Part shown: positions 26,251 through 39,300 of the stretch, piece by piece
Layout: the number at the start of each line of letters is the position of its first letter
Numbering within the stretch: the first letter of the stretch is position 1
Source: Azolla caroliniana
Lineage: Eukaryota; Plantae; Polypodiophyta
Direction of reading: 5' to 3'
Assembly (NCBI GenBank): GCA_043228905.1
Contig: JBHGNT010000016.1
Span: 15,252,001 to 15,316,000, forward strand
Length of the DNA stretch: 64,000 nucleotides
Notes under the pieces: model-generated
Seen by the model: only the letters and a program-made list of their open reading frames with translations
What the model was told of the DNA's origin: nothing
Database searches by the model: none
Program-made: the position numbers and the translations under genes

Positions 26251-27493
26251 TCTACAGTGGAGAGATTATAAATTGGGTCCCATGGAGGTTTTTTCCTTAG
26301 TTGTAAGTCAATAGGGAAGTCGTATGGCCGATGCTCTGGCAATGTATTGGCCTTCACCTTATCAAAGACGTCGAAGAACTCTTTGTATTTCTCTGGTAGT
26401 TTAATGTCCCCTTCATGTAAGGTGGATGATGGAGTTGCTACTATTGCAAATAAGAACATATCCTCGGTCCCCCCTTCCTCACGTAACTGGCGTAAAGAGA
26501 TGGTCGATAACTTATGGGATCTAGTATCAAATGTCGGGAACTTGAGGGATGCACGCTTTGTTCTTTCTTTTTGGGTCTCCTTAATTGTCCTTTTCATGCA
26601 ATCAATCTTCGGTTTATGGAGTTAAAACCAAGGGAGACCCAGAATTATTGGGTGTTCCGAACTGTGAATAATGTTGAAAGAGATTATGCTTGCCAAATCG
26701 CCAAGAACTATATGAATTAGCTCAGACTCCTCGACTATATCACCTGATGCTATGGGACGACCATCAATGACTCCTACGGCTACTGGGTTCGGGAGCTTAT
26801 TCAAAAGGATGTTTTATGACAAACAAAATTCATATTCCATGAAACAAGAGTTGGCTCCAGAATCTAGGAGGGCAAAGGCTAGGACTCGATGACATGTAGA
26901 TGTGGAAAGCTCAACTTGTGCAGAAAAAACTCTAGTCACTTAACTTGATGAAATGGAACCACGGCTAGGAACTAACTCTACATATCTAGGATGGTCCAAC
27001 CAAATGGCTCCTATTTTGGTTGGACTTAATCGTTTAACACATCCTCTAATTGACTCAAGACATCGAATCTATTCTCATAGCATAGACTATTAGGCTTATT
27101 TATGTTATTAGAAGTAACAATGGAACTCGAAGTAGGGGTGTCATGTGCACTTACTTGGTATACTTGACGTCTAGGTTTATGTGGACAATTCACGGCTATA
27201 TGTCCTGGACCGCCACAATATAGGCATAGGCGGTGCACTCGATGTCGTCGCTTCTTAGCATCTAATAAAATCCCTCGATGTTGTGTTGTCTCTATTTCCA
27301 TCAGAGTTGGTCCATCCCTTGTAATGGGTCTGGAAACTTGTGGAGGCGTTGCGACTATAGACGCATACATCTGTTCCGGTTGACGACATAACATTTGTTG
27401 GCTCTCAAAATGTCGCTCAAATAGGTAATTATGACATCGCAGGGCTCAACTAATGGCCTATCTTCATGGAAAGTTAGAAGAAGATCTTTGACA
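26251..27493 (-). pseudogene. gag: Element A gag C-terminus and protease region; 5' gag and PBS deleted
   Basis: CLYCGGPGHIAVNC, LLDSGAN, HPIILGLPWF, LPEHRPYD. Confidence 0.85.
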
Positions 27494-27947
27494 TCAAGAC
27501 AAAGAGAAAGAGAGAGAAAGAGAGGAAAAGAGATACAATGTTAAGATAGAAAGAAAGAATTGAAAAGAAAGTATTGTATTGCAATATAAGATGGAGTACA
27601 AACAGTAGAGAGTAGGGAGCTATAGGATGGCGTTGAACCAATTTGGTTTTTGGAGGATTGATAGATTCCTATTTAAAGTCCCTATAGAGTAATATTGATT
27701 ACTCTAGAATATTCTAGGATATTCTAGAATATAGAGTAATATAATAGTCTAGAAGGTTCAAGCATATAGAACACTCTAGGACATTCTAGAATATAAAGTA
27801 ATATAGAATATTCTTATGATATTAGATTATATATTCTAAAAACTATACACATAAACATGTTATTATAATGGTTAAAGATTTGACATGTGTATAACAAGGT
27901 TGTCGGTTCAAATCCTTTTGAGGCATGATGTGAGTGTCATCATGGCA
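27494..27947 (-). repeat. 5' LTR of element A (inner 2 nt lost)
   Basis: Matches 1137-1591; followed by TSD GGACA. Confidence 0.9.
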
Positions 27948-28189
27948 GGACAAAAACATGGTAGATAGAATATATGTTGGATAATTTTGTTGACATGATA
28001 TTAGTTAGTTCTATTTTTTGCTATGTTTTCATAAACCACATACGCATGCGACATGCCTTTTCGAAATTCTGCTTAAATAAGGCATTTTTTAACATCTCAC
28101 TAAGATATGAAAAAGAGGAGGCACCATATTACCTATTTCAAATGACTCGATGTTCAAAGGGATTTCGTAGCTCGATCTAGCCCATTTGC

Positions 28190-30062
28190 TTGTTTTGTGT
28201 TCTACATCGACATTCAAGAAGAACCAGGTCAACCTTATCATAGTGCCACTACATAGCTCGTGTTCGAGAGAGAAGGAAAAGAAAAATGGAATACACTACA
28301 TCAACATGAACACACAAATAGGTAGCTCGCTCCCTAGTGAAAATCTAGACTGGAGCAATTTTTCATCTTGGGAGTACGAGATGAACCAATACCTTGTCGA
28401 CCAAGGGTATTGGAGCTACATCAACGGTGCACTAAAAAATAAAGCCAACATCACCAACATCAAATACCCAACGTGGGAGCAAGGAGTGAGTCGGGTAATG
28501 TAATTTTTGGCAACATTTGTCCATGACCACATGCTTAGCCACATTCGAGACACCAAGAAGCCTAAAGAATCATAGGAGAACTTAAAGAAAATCTTCGCCG
28601 CCAACACAACCGCCTGTAAGCTTCAACTCTAGGAAGAGTTGAACAACATTCAACAAAAAGATATGTTTGTGTCGAACTACACTGCCAATATTAAGAGCAT
28701 TTGCGACTCGCTTGGTCGACGAAGTTGACATGGTTCAAGTATGCTTGGGCATCCTCGCACAACTGTTCAATCCAATAAGGACGGCAATCTTGGCAAGGGA
28801 AAACCGTTCATCGTTGTTCGACCTCCAATCAATGTTATTGGTCGAAGAGAACCATGCCCGGACTCCAAACCAAGACCAAGAAGTTGGAAGGACAAATGTT
28901 CTTCTCAACTTCGGTTGGTGGCCAAGAATGAGGTCACGGTGGGAGAAGAGGTTGATTCGGCCCGTCTCATGAAGGGAACTCAAACCATCGACAAGAAGAC
29001 GAAATCCATCGATCAACCTTCGGAAGAAGGGGGAGCTTCCATGCCGAACAAGGTCAGTAACTGTGGCCCATTACTTGCAACTATTGTGGGAAGGTCAGCC
29101 ACCGTGAAGAGGAGTGCAGAATGAGAAGAAGAGAGTTAGCTTCCACAAGCCGACAACTCACAAACTATGCCACCAATTCCGAATACGACGACTACGGTGG
29201 AATATTTGTAATGAGACATAAAGCGAACTCTATGTCGGCCTCCGACTTGACAAGCACCTCCAACTCGGAAGACATGTGGTTCGTTGACTCCGGTGCATCA
29301 CATCACATGATGTCACACCAAGAGTGGTTTCGTGACTTAAGAAGGCTGGATTGACCCATCTACATAGAGGCGGGAGACGACACCACACATCTCATTCGGC
29401 ACATCGGCAACATTCCATTTGGCAAAGAAGGCAAAAAAAATTGCATCAAGAAGGTCTTGCTTTATAGAAAAAGATATCTGACTCATAGCTAGGGGAAGGA
29501 GAGACGGTCGAATGTTCATTCTCGATTTGAACGAGGTAAAATTGGTCATGTATGCCAAAGTTCTCAAAACTGAGATGAGCATCGAATTGTGGGACAAGAA
29601 AATCGACCACATCACCCTCCATTGGTTCCGAGCTATGTAATCAAAGGGAGTCGTCATCGGACTTCCGACCTTTGAGTCAAAACAAGTCGACTGAGTGTGT
29701 GAAGTATGTCAAGTCGGCAAACAACATCGAATCCCATTTCCAAAGGAGAACTATGTAAGCAAAGTCCTCCTTGATGTCATCCACTCTCCGGCTCAAACAC
29801 CAATGATCAGAGGATGCCATTACTACGTCACCTTCCTCGATGACTACTCCCGCTACACGTGGATCTTCCTACTGAAGAAGAAGAGTGAAGTGCTCTCCCA
29901 CCTTCAAAAGCTCAAGAGCCAAGTCTAAAAAGAAACCGATCAGCACATTCATTACCTAAGATCGAATGGAGGGAAGAGGTAGTTCTCCAACGAATTCGTC
30001 TCCTACCTCCATGGTGAAGGCATTATGAGAGAATTTTCATACTGACACACCCCCCAACAAAA
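28190..30062 (+). mobile_element. Element J: degraded Ty1/Copia (gag, protease, GAG-pre-integrase, integrase start); LTR not resolved
   Basis: NFSSWEYEMNQYL, WFVDSGASHHM, CEVCQVGKQHR, YYVTFLDDYSRYTW; ends at TPQQN where element I inserts. Confidence 0.82.
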
Positions 30063-32659
30063 TGTTGGGAAACAGGTTCCTTCGAATTGGAACAGAAGAG
30101 CTGAGTTGATGAGTAACTTGGCCGAGGCCGAAACCGAAATCGAGGATATTGCCAACTCAGGAGACTATATTTGTAAATAGTCGAAATGTGCCCCATGTGG
30201 GCTATGTATGTAAATAACCATAAGGTTGTATAAGTATATATACAACTAGGGCAAACTTTAGTGAAGTGTAGTTGATCATTGTTGTAAAGTTACACTCAAG
30301 GTAGTTACCTCTGAAACTGTGAGAGAGAGTGAGAGTGTAACTCTGTAGTTGTCTGATAGACGAAGGAGAACTCAAGGTTGTTTCCTCCGACTTTCTTATT
30401 GTACTTTTTCTCTATCATAGTGATTCTGTTTCTTGGGGTTTGTGGACCCACATGGTATTTCCCTTTTGGGTTTTCCACGTAAAACATCTTCGGTCTCTAT
30501 TTTTTCTCTTCGTTTTTCCTGCTCCCTTGTTTATCTATCTCTGTACTTTCTATACCAATTCTTTGCACCCGAATACGAACGTAACACCGGTTGAATCCAG
30601 TCACGATCCTAACAAACGGGTATCAGAGCGTTGGAAGACTCATTTGGTGGCATGTTCATATTAATCGGCTCCAACTACTCGGTGTGGAAGTCGAAGATGC
30701 AGGACATGCTCGTGTGCAAAGACCTGTGGATGTCGGTGCAGTTTGGAGATAAAAGGCCAGACAAGATTGATACATCGACTTGGGAAGTCATGCATCTGAA
30801 GACGGAAACATATATAAGGTCTATACAACAACTTTGATGAAGAGACGAGTGTCGACGTCCTCTAGAAGAAGATTGGCGTAATGTTCGAGAACAAGAATGC
30901 CGTAAACATATTCTCTGTTTTCGGGAAAATCGTGAGACTCCTGTATCAAGACGGCTCTAGCATGGCGGAGCACATTAATGCCTTCCAAGGACTGATGAAT
31001 CAAACCACCTCTCTGGAAGTGCCTCTTGCCGACGAGGTATTAGCATTGTTGTTGCTGGACCCATTTCGAACAGCCGGGAAACACTGGTTGTCACATTGAG
31101 GAATGCGGGACCGCAAGGGAAACACTTATCCCTAGAGCAGGTGAAGTTGAGCTTGTTGAATGAAGAAGCTCGCCGCAAGGACCGAGAGTCCAATACCAAC
31201 ACGAAGGTCCTCATCACAGAGAGTGACACAAATCGAGGAGGCCGAAATCGAAGATCCTAGAATCGAGATAAGTCGGGGACAAGGTCGAAGTCGAGGGGAA
31301 GGCCCACATGCTTCTATTGTGGGAAGCCAGGGCACTTTTAAAAGAATTGCCGAAACTTTTGAAAGGAGAAAGGGGGAGTTGATGGTGTAGAGCCAAAGAA
31401 AATGCCCGAACAGAATGAACACCTCATCAATCGTTGCGAGTGAACAGGAGTTGTTGTTCATTAGTGAACAAAATGAGGTCAATCTCGCCGGCGAAGAATC
31501 GACATGAGTGGTCGATTCGGGTGCATCATTTCACCTAACCCCCGACCGAAAGTGTTTCTCATCATACAAGGCCTAAGACCATGGTCTTGTAATAATGGGA
31601 AATGAAGGAGCATGCCAAATCATAGGCATTAGAGATGTGTGTCTGATGACATCGACCAGGTGGAGACTAGTGCTAAAAGATGTCCGGCGCATTCTAGAAG
31701 TTCAATTGAACTTTATATTCATCCGGTTAGCTGGATGACGAAGGCTACATGGGTGGCATCCAAAATTGCGTCATGAAATTTTGCAAGGGGAGCTAGATCG
31801 TAGCTCGAGCCCGGAAAACCAACACACTGTACATAATGAATGTACGATTATGCCGAGGGGAAGTGAACGTGGCAGCTGACACAGCAAGTGAGTTGTGACA
31901 TAAGAGGCTATGCCACATGAGTCTGAAGGGAATGCAAATGCTAGCCGAAAAGGAACTCCTACCGGAGTTAAAGAAAGTGCATCTAGGTAAGTGTGCCGAT
32001 TGCCTGGCCAACAAACAAAACAAAACCGCATTCCGACCGAGGTTCCCAATCAGGAAAAAAATGCCGCTGGAACTCATGCATACGGACGTATGCAACATGG
32101 ACACAAAGTCGCATGTTGGTTCACAGTATTTCGTTACGTTCATAGATGACTGTAGCCGAAAGTTGTGGACTTCCGTGCTGAAGGTGAAGGATCAAGTATT
32201 ATCCGTCTTCAAAGAGTTCCGAGCGAGGGTCGAGAGGGAAACCGGCCGAAAATTGAAGGCAGCTCGAGAGGATAATGGCGGAGTATATCACAGACCATTC
32301 GAAGAATATTGTCGAGCATAGGGAATCCCTCTGGAGTATTCTGTGCCGAAGACGCCAGAACTTAGAGAGCTAGCCGAGCGAATGAACACAACTATCATGG
32401 AGAGACTCTGATGTATGTTGACACACGTGAAATTGCCGAAGATATACTGGGCCGAAGTGTTGATGACAATCATTAGTGTGATATACAGATCTCCCTCTAT
32501 CCCACTGGAATGGGACATACCACAAAGGGTATGGTCTGGCAAAGAGGTGTCATATCGGCATCTAAGAGTATTTGGTTGCCTGGCCAATGCACATATAGCT
32601 AACGACCAGAGGGGGAAACTCGATCCCAAGAGCCGACCATGGATATTTCTCGGATACGG
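30063..32659 (+). mobile_element. Element I: Ty1/Copia (Tnt1/Tork-like), 5' LTR to integrase, degraded
   Basis: LTR TGTTG..AACA at 30063-30614; Met-i PBS variant GGGTATCAGAGC; NYSVWKSKM, VVDSGASFH, YFVTFIDD, IFLGYG; interrupted by H. Confidence 0.88.
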
Positions 32660-32852
32660 TGTCGAGTTGTTATGCGTGTGCATGTAAAAGCGGCGGGACC
32701 ACGGGGGTCTCGGACCAAGGAGCGTGAGAAAGAAGAGAGAGAGAGCGCGCAGCTTGTAGAAACACAGAGGGAGAAAGAGAGAGAACAAAGTCTTAATTAC
32801 AAAATCAATATCGATTACAACCGGAAAGCCGGCAATGGACCCAACTCAAGCG

Positions 32853-32887
<35 letters not shown>

Positions 32888-32917
32888 GACTGCACTGTGG
32901 AGCCTCTGCCGGAAGCA

Positions 32918-33335
32918 TGTTACCGGCCGGCAAGGAGTCCAAAATACGGAGTGAAGGAATTAATTAAGTATGGTTGTAAATAAGCATAGTATGGACGGAC
33001 GGACTGGAAACGGTATGCCGTTCCAGATCCGGACGGATCCCGAATAGGTGCGATATGCACCGTTTTGTACTACGGGCCGGAAACCTATTTAAAGGCCCGG
33101 ACCCCATTGTAATCGCAGCGGATAATTAATAGAGCATATGGTGTTATACTTCTGTGTTGATTTCCGTTCTATACTTACTGTGATATCTTACGCGTGTAAT
33201 TAACCAAAGCACTCTAATCGTGTAACTTACGTAAGTTGGTGTAATCGTTGAATCTTAATCCTATGCCGTAATCACCCTTTGGTGAAGTGTCTCCGTGACA
33301 CCTTGTGTTAGGCCTTGTCCGGTCAGAGAATAACA
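32918..33335 (+). repeat. 5' LTR of element E
   Basis: TGTTA..TAACA; TATA-like CTATTTAAA. Confidence 0.96.
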
Positions 33336-33341
33336 CAGTTT

Positions 33342-33352
33342 TGGCGACCACG
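33342..33352 (+). promoter_or_regulatory. PBS of element E (tRNA-Arg(UCG)-like)
   Basis: TGGCGACCACG starts 6 nt after the 5' LTR. Confidence 0.75.
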
Positions 33353-33386
33353 ATTCCTGCTTTCTCGCAGCGAACGACAGTAATGG

Positions 33387-36300
33387 ATGACTAGACCAAC
33401 GCACGACCTGGTTACAGACCGAGCTCGACGCCTCGCCGAACGGCAAAGACGGCGTGAGACTTTCCAGCAAGCAGCGCACGAAATTCGCTCAGATCGTTCA
33501 TTCTCCAACGAGATCCGGAGAGTCGCGGAGGAATCTCTTCGGTTACAGCAAACTCGCGACCAGGACGACGGAAGCAGTCTAAGTAGTCTCCGGGAAACCG
33601 AACGCCTCCTGGAGGCGCTGGCAAGCGGAGAAAACGAGGCAGAAGCCTTTTCAGCCTACGAATCGGATTCCGAAGGGGGATACAGCGTGCACACGAACTA
33701 CCGGAGCAGCAACGATACCCCCGGCGGTCCGGAGGACGATGGGTCGGATACCGTGCCGACTCCAGAACCGGAACCGCAAACGGAAGCCGTCAACCCACCA
33801 ACACCGGAAGTGGAAGAAGCAAAGCCACCGACACCAACGAAAGAGCCGGCAAAGGTACCGGAAGACGAGCCGGTGAAAGAACCGGAAAAAGAACCGGAAG
33901 AGGAACCGGAAAAAGCACCGGCAAAACAACCGGAAGTGGAACCGGAGAGGAAACCGGAAAGATATCAACAAACGCCACTAAACCGCGGCCTAATACTGGA
34001 CGACGACATGCCGTTCCAATCCTCAAAGTATCGCGATGATCCGGACGCGGAAGCGCATGTTCATGCCTTCGAGCAGACATGGGAAGCAAATCACACGTCC
34101 CAGCGAATGACACCGGAGGAAGAAGAATGCTCGAAGGTAGCGGAATTCGGGGTCACGTTGGAAGGACCAGCGACACGATGGCGGCGGACGCAGGACCCGG
34201 CGACCATCACAACCTTTGCAGAATTAAAAGCAAAATTCTTGCATTTTTTCCACAAGGAGGTCGACCAGACGACAATGGTGGGCCTGTTTTATACGATCCG
34301 ACAGGAGGCAGGGGAAAGCATTCCCCAATTCGTCATCCGTTTCCAACGAATGCATAGCCAGCTTGCCCGTGCACCCCCGGAGGAGGAATTACGGACGATA
34401 TTTTTGAACGCACTCCGGGAACCGTTACGCACGGTGTGTACGGTAATCGACTTTCGAGGAAGCACCATTGACCAGGTCATTGACCGGGTCAGAGAAATGG
34501 AAAAGTCAAGCTCATGGCTTACACTGAGAACACTGCAACGGGCGTTACCCACCGAGGAAGATCTCCGGTTCCGGCAGGCAATTCAATGCACAATCTGCTT
34601 GAATGCCAGACACTCGGCAGTGGAGTGCACCATGCGAACCCAGTGTGTGATTTGTCAATCCAAGAGTCATACAACAGACCGGTGCGAGTATAACCTGCTA
34701 AACCGACAAGCACCACCCGTCCGATGGATCGAGCCAAGAAGCAGCCGAGACGAAGATGAAGATCGTTGGCAAAAAATGAACCGGTACCGACCGGCACAGG
34801 ATGTCCGGTACGGAGACAGACAAGAAAATGATGGCCGGTACGGGAATCAGCATGATAACTACGACCGGTATGAGCGATCGGACCGCTATCGGGAGTCCAA
34901 CAGACGACACGAGCAATACGACAGAGACCATTCCCCTGGTTACCGAAGGCACCAGGAGGACTACGGCCGATTTTACGATCCACCACGACCGGACTACCGA
35001 AATAAAAATAAGAATAATAAGAAACGGAATTTCAAGAAAGGTGGTCACACTAGGGACCCGGAACATGGAACCCCAAGGAGCCAACCGGCACAGAACGCAC
35101 CACTCACTACGGGACCGACTCCGGATACCAGCAATGCTGAATCCAACAATACCCGTAAAGAGTACTGCTATTACTGCAGGCAGCAAGGCCACTACAGTAA
35201 CCAGTGCCCGGCAAAGAGCTACAATAAACGACCAGCAGTTAATATGGTGGTTCCGGAAGTGGCGGATATACAGCAAGTAACCACACGGTCGAAAGGCATG
35301 GCCAAAGAGTGGGAAACACAAGAGGCCATACGAAAACAGGCGACGGAATGGGTAAAGGAAGCCAATGAAAGGAACGTCGCGGACGCGGAACGGCAAAAGG
35401 CGAATATCATAGGGAGTGCCGGCGCTGGCCACGCAGAAACCGAGACATGGCAAGCACTGCAAGAATGTCAGATCACGTTGCCATTAGGAAGACTCTTGCA
35501 GCTCGTGCCGCGATTTACGGAAGGACTAAAAACGGTCATGACAGACGGTATAGCCCCACCAGCACCAGTCCTCATCTCGAATCCGGAGGAGGGACCGACG
35601 GTGGTGGACACTAGTAGTCCGGTGATTACAGCTATTGTCAAAGGGCACGAACTTCCCGGCACTGTAATCGATGGAGGTTCCGAGGTGAACGTAATAAGCC
35701 TCCGCACGTGTGATGCCTTGGGTATACATGAATGGGAGCCATGTCCGTTCTGGCTACGGATGGCGGATACGAGCTCTGTACGGCCGACGGGCTTAATATG
35801 GAAATTGGAGGTCACCATAGGAGGTCACACGTTTCACATCTCGGCTGTAGTGTTGCAGCTACAGGCGCAAGGCGCGTACCCACTGTTGCTGGGCAGACCA
35901 TGGTTGAAAACAACACACATCAAGCAAAATTGGCGGAAAAATATGATTACCTTCCGGCGCGGAAAAGCCAAGGTCCGGGTACCGACACAACCACGGACGA
36001 GCAACGGTAAGGAATGCACACCGTTGTATGCGGAATGCGTGAACATGCTTGAAGGGTTGGCAGACGACGAAGAAGCCCAGTACTTGGAGGAACACCCGAA
36101 GATCGTACCACTCTTCGAGATTGACGTAGCTGAAGCCGTAGCGCCATACTTGCCGCAGCGGGACGACACCGAAGCCGAACCAGACAAAGATTCGATTCGG
36201 GAATTACGGCAAGCACAGGAAGCATTGGAACGGGAAATGGCCGTTTCCCAACGGGTAAAAACATCCCAGCTCGACGAAGTGAACCTAGGAAGCAAGGACG

Positions 36301-39300
36301 AATCAAAGCCGGTACACATCGCCAAAGAAATGAAGCCGGAAGATAAAGCGGCGATGATCAAACTTCTCACGGAGTTTCGCGACGTATTCGCCTGGTCATA
36401 CGAAGACATGCGAGGGCTGGACCCTCAATTATATCAGCATCAGATCCACTTAGGCAAGGACGCGAAACCAGTGGCGCAAAGACGTTACCGAATGAACCCC
36501 AACTACGCCGCCAAAGTGAAGGAGGAAATCGACAAACTCCTAAGAGTGGGCTTCATCCGGCCGGTAAAGAAAGCGACGTGGCTGAGCCCCATCGTCGTCG
36601 TCCCAAAGAAGAACGGTAAAATCCGCGTGTGTGTAGATTACAGGAAACTAAATGCAGCCACAATTACGGATGCATTCCCTCTTCCGTTCACGGATGGAGT
36701 ACTGGATGCCGTCGCCGGCCATGAAGTTTATAGCTTTCTAGACGGGTTCAGCGGTTACAATCAAATCCGGATGCACCCTGACGACCAGGAGAAGACAGCG
36801 TTCGTCACCGAATGGGGGGTGTTTGTGGCCGAAGTAATGATGTTCGGCCTAAAAACGGCACCAGCAACTTTCCAGCGAATCATCATGGAGATCTTCGGCG
36901 AATACATTCCTGCCTTCATGCAGGTTTTCCTGGATGATTTTGCAGTCTATAGCCGGGGAAAAGACCATTTGCAGCACCTACGATTATGCCTTGAAAAGTG
37001 TAGGTTATACCGGCTAAGCTTAAACCCAGCAAAATGCATCTTTGGGGTTTCAAGTGGAATCTTACTGGGACACATTGTAAGTAAGGAGGGCATTGCGGTC
37101 GACCCGGACAAAGTAAACGCGATACTAGGGGCACCGGCGCCGAAAACGGCCAAAGCACTAAGCCGATTCTTAGGACAGATCCGGTGGCACAGCCGGATGC
37201 TCCGTCACTTGGCTGACTTGGCTACACCATTACACACCGCGGTACATCGGACACCGTTCCAATGGACGGATACGGAGGATAAGGCATACAATGCCCTGAA
37301 GGTACTTTTGTCGCAAGCACCCGTCGTGCAGCCTCCGGATTGGAGCAAGGAATTTCATGTGTTCGTGGACGCTTCCGACATCGCTATCGGCAGCACCTTA
37401 ATGCAACTTACGGAGCCTAAATGGTACCGGCCGGTATATTACGCCAGCCGGAAGCTGTCCCAAGCGGAGAAGAACTATTCGACGACGGAACGGGAGGCCT
37501 TGGGCATGATCTACAGTGTCACAAAGTTTCGGCATTACCTATTGGGAAGGAAGTTCTCCTTTCATGTGGATCACTCGGCGCTCCTGTACTTAGTGTCCAA
37601 GGCATCCCTGACCGGTAAGTTGGCCCGTTGGACCTTGCTGTTGCAGGAGTTCGAATTCGAGATCTTCCACCGGCCCGGTATCCACCATGCCGTAGCAGAC
37701 TACCTAAGCCGGTTAGAGTCCGAAGAATCAGGCGACGGAGTATCGGATGAATTCCCGGACGCAGAGTTATTCCGTATCACCCCGGAAACGGCAGCGGACG
37801 ACACGGTGGCATCAGAAGATAGGTGGCTGACAAACATGCACCAGTTCCTAAGCACGGGCCTGCCACCGGAGGAAATGAACCGGGACGAGAGGAAACGACT
37901 CGCGGTGCAGAGCCACAATTTCTGTCTGTTACGGGACACTCTCTACCACAAAGGAGCAGATGGAATATGGAGACGGGCAGTCCGTAGTGACGAGAAACAA
38001 GTAATCTTACGGGAAGCACACTGTGGGGTTGCCGGAGGACACTATGCCGGGGAAGCGACGGCAAGAAAAGTATGGCAGAGCGGCTTATGGTGGCCCACGA
38101 CGTTAAAAGACGCCGTCAAGTATGCTAAGGAATGTGACCTATGCCAACGAATGGGCCAGCCTACGGAGCAAGCACGGATGCCACACCAACCGGTACTTCC
38201 ACTAGAGCCATTCCAGAAGTGGGGGTTGGATTTTGTCGGACCAATCAAGCCACCGGCAATGAGAACGGGTAATCGTTATGTCATCGTGGCAACAGATTAT
38301 TGCATTAAATGGGTGGAGGCTAAGGCCTTGAGAGACAATACCGCATCCACAGCAAAATTCCTGTACGAGAACATTTGGTGCCGATATGGATGTCCGATTG
38401 AATTAATCAGCGACCAAGGAGGGCACTTCCTCGGCCAGGTAGTGGAAAGCTTAACAACGTTCTATGCCGTGGTCCATAAACGGAGCACACCGTACTACCC
38501 ACAAGCGAACAGGTTAGCAGAGTCCACCAACAAAACGCTGCAGAACATTCTCCGCAAAATCGTCAATGAAAACCGGACGGACTGGGATACAAAGCTCCAT
38601 AGCGCGCTATGGGCGTACCGAACGGCATACAAAACAAGTATCCGGACAACGCCGTTCCGGTTAGCGTTCGGCTTAGAGGCGGTCATGCCGGTGGAGTTTC
38701 AGGTACCAAGCTTATGGATCCAACTACGGGAACGGCTGAATGAAAAGGAGTCGGAGGAAATGCGGCTAGCAGCACTATGCGAACTGGAGGAGCAACGGCT
38801 GGCCAGCATCCTACACATGGAACTGGAGCGACGACGACGGAATGCGTTCGTTGACCGTCACCGTAAGGGTAATGAAAAGATGTTCGAAATCGAAAAGCCA
38901 GTGCTAGTATTCCAAACAAGGATGGGCAAGATGCCGGGTAAACTCTGGTTCAGATGGACAGGCCCGTATTGGCTGACACAGGAATACAACGGGTCCTATC
39001 AATTAGGGACACTTGCCGGTGAAGTACTAGGCAAGTGGGTCAACGGTTTTAGATTAAAGCCCTATAAAGGACCGATGCCAAGTTACTTAATACTAAATCG
39101 GTACACGACGTGCGCATGCTCGAAAAAGGCGCCAAGACGCACAGAGAAAAAGAAGAGCGCATGGAGACCTTCTTTTTTCGCGAGCCAAGAAGCACAGAAG
39201 CACCAAGGCAGTGGAAGCTTAGCAAACGCGAACCTGCACTCAGAGAACCCCCGCGTTCAGAACGTTCTCTCTCTCGCTCTCACTCTCATCACCACTCTAC

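Larger units (their letters stand above)
1137..27947 (-). mobile_element. Element A: degenerate Ty3/Gypsy chromovirus (Tcn1-like), outermost host of the left nest
   Basis: Similar LTRs at 1137-1591 and 27494-27947; 5-bp TSD GGACA at 1132-1136 and 27948-27952; gag, protease, RT, RNase H, integrase and chromodomain fragments in order on the minus strand between the nested insertions. Confidence 0.9.

Noticed and set aside
27975-28190. TGTTGG start as a candidate LTR for Copia J
   Set aside because: No partner LTR, PBS or TSD could be identified
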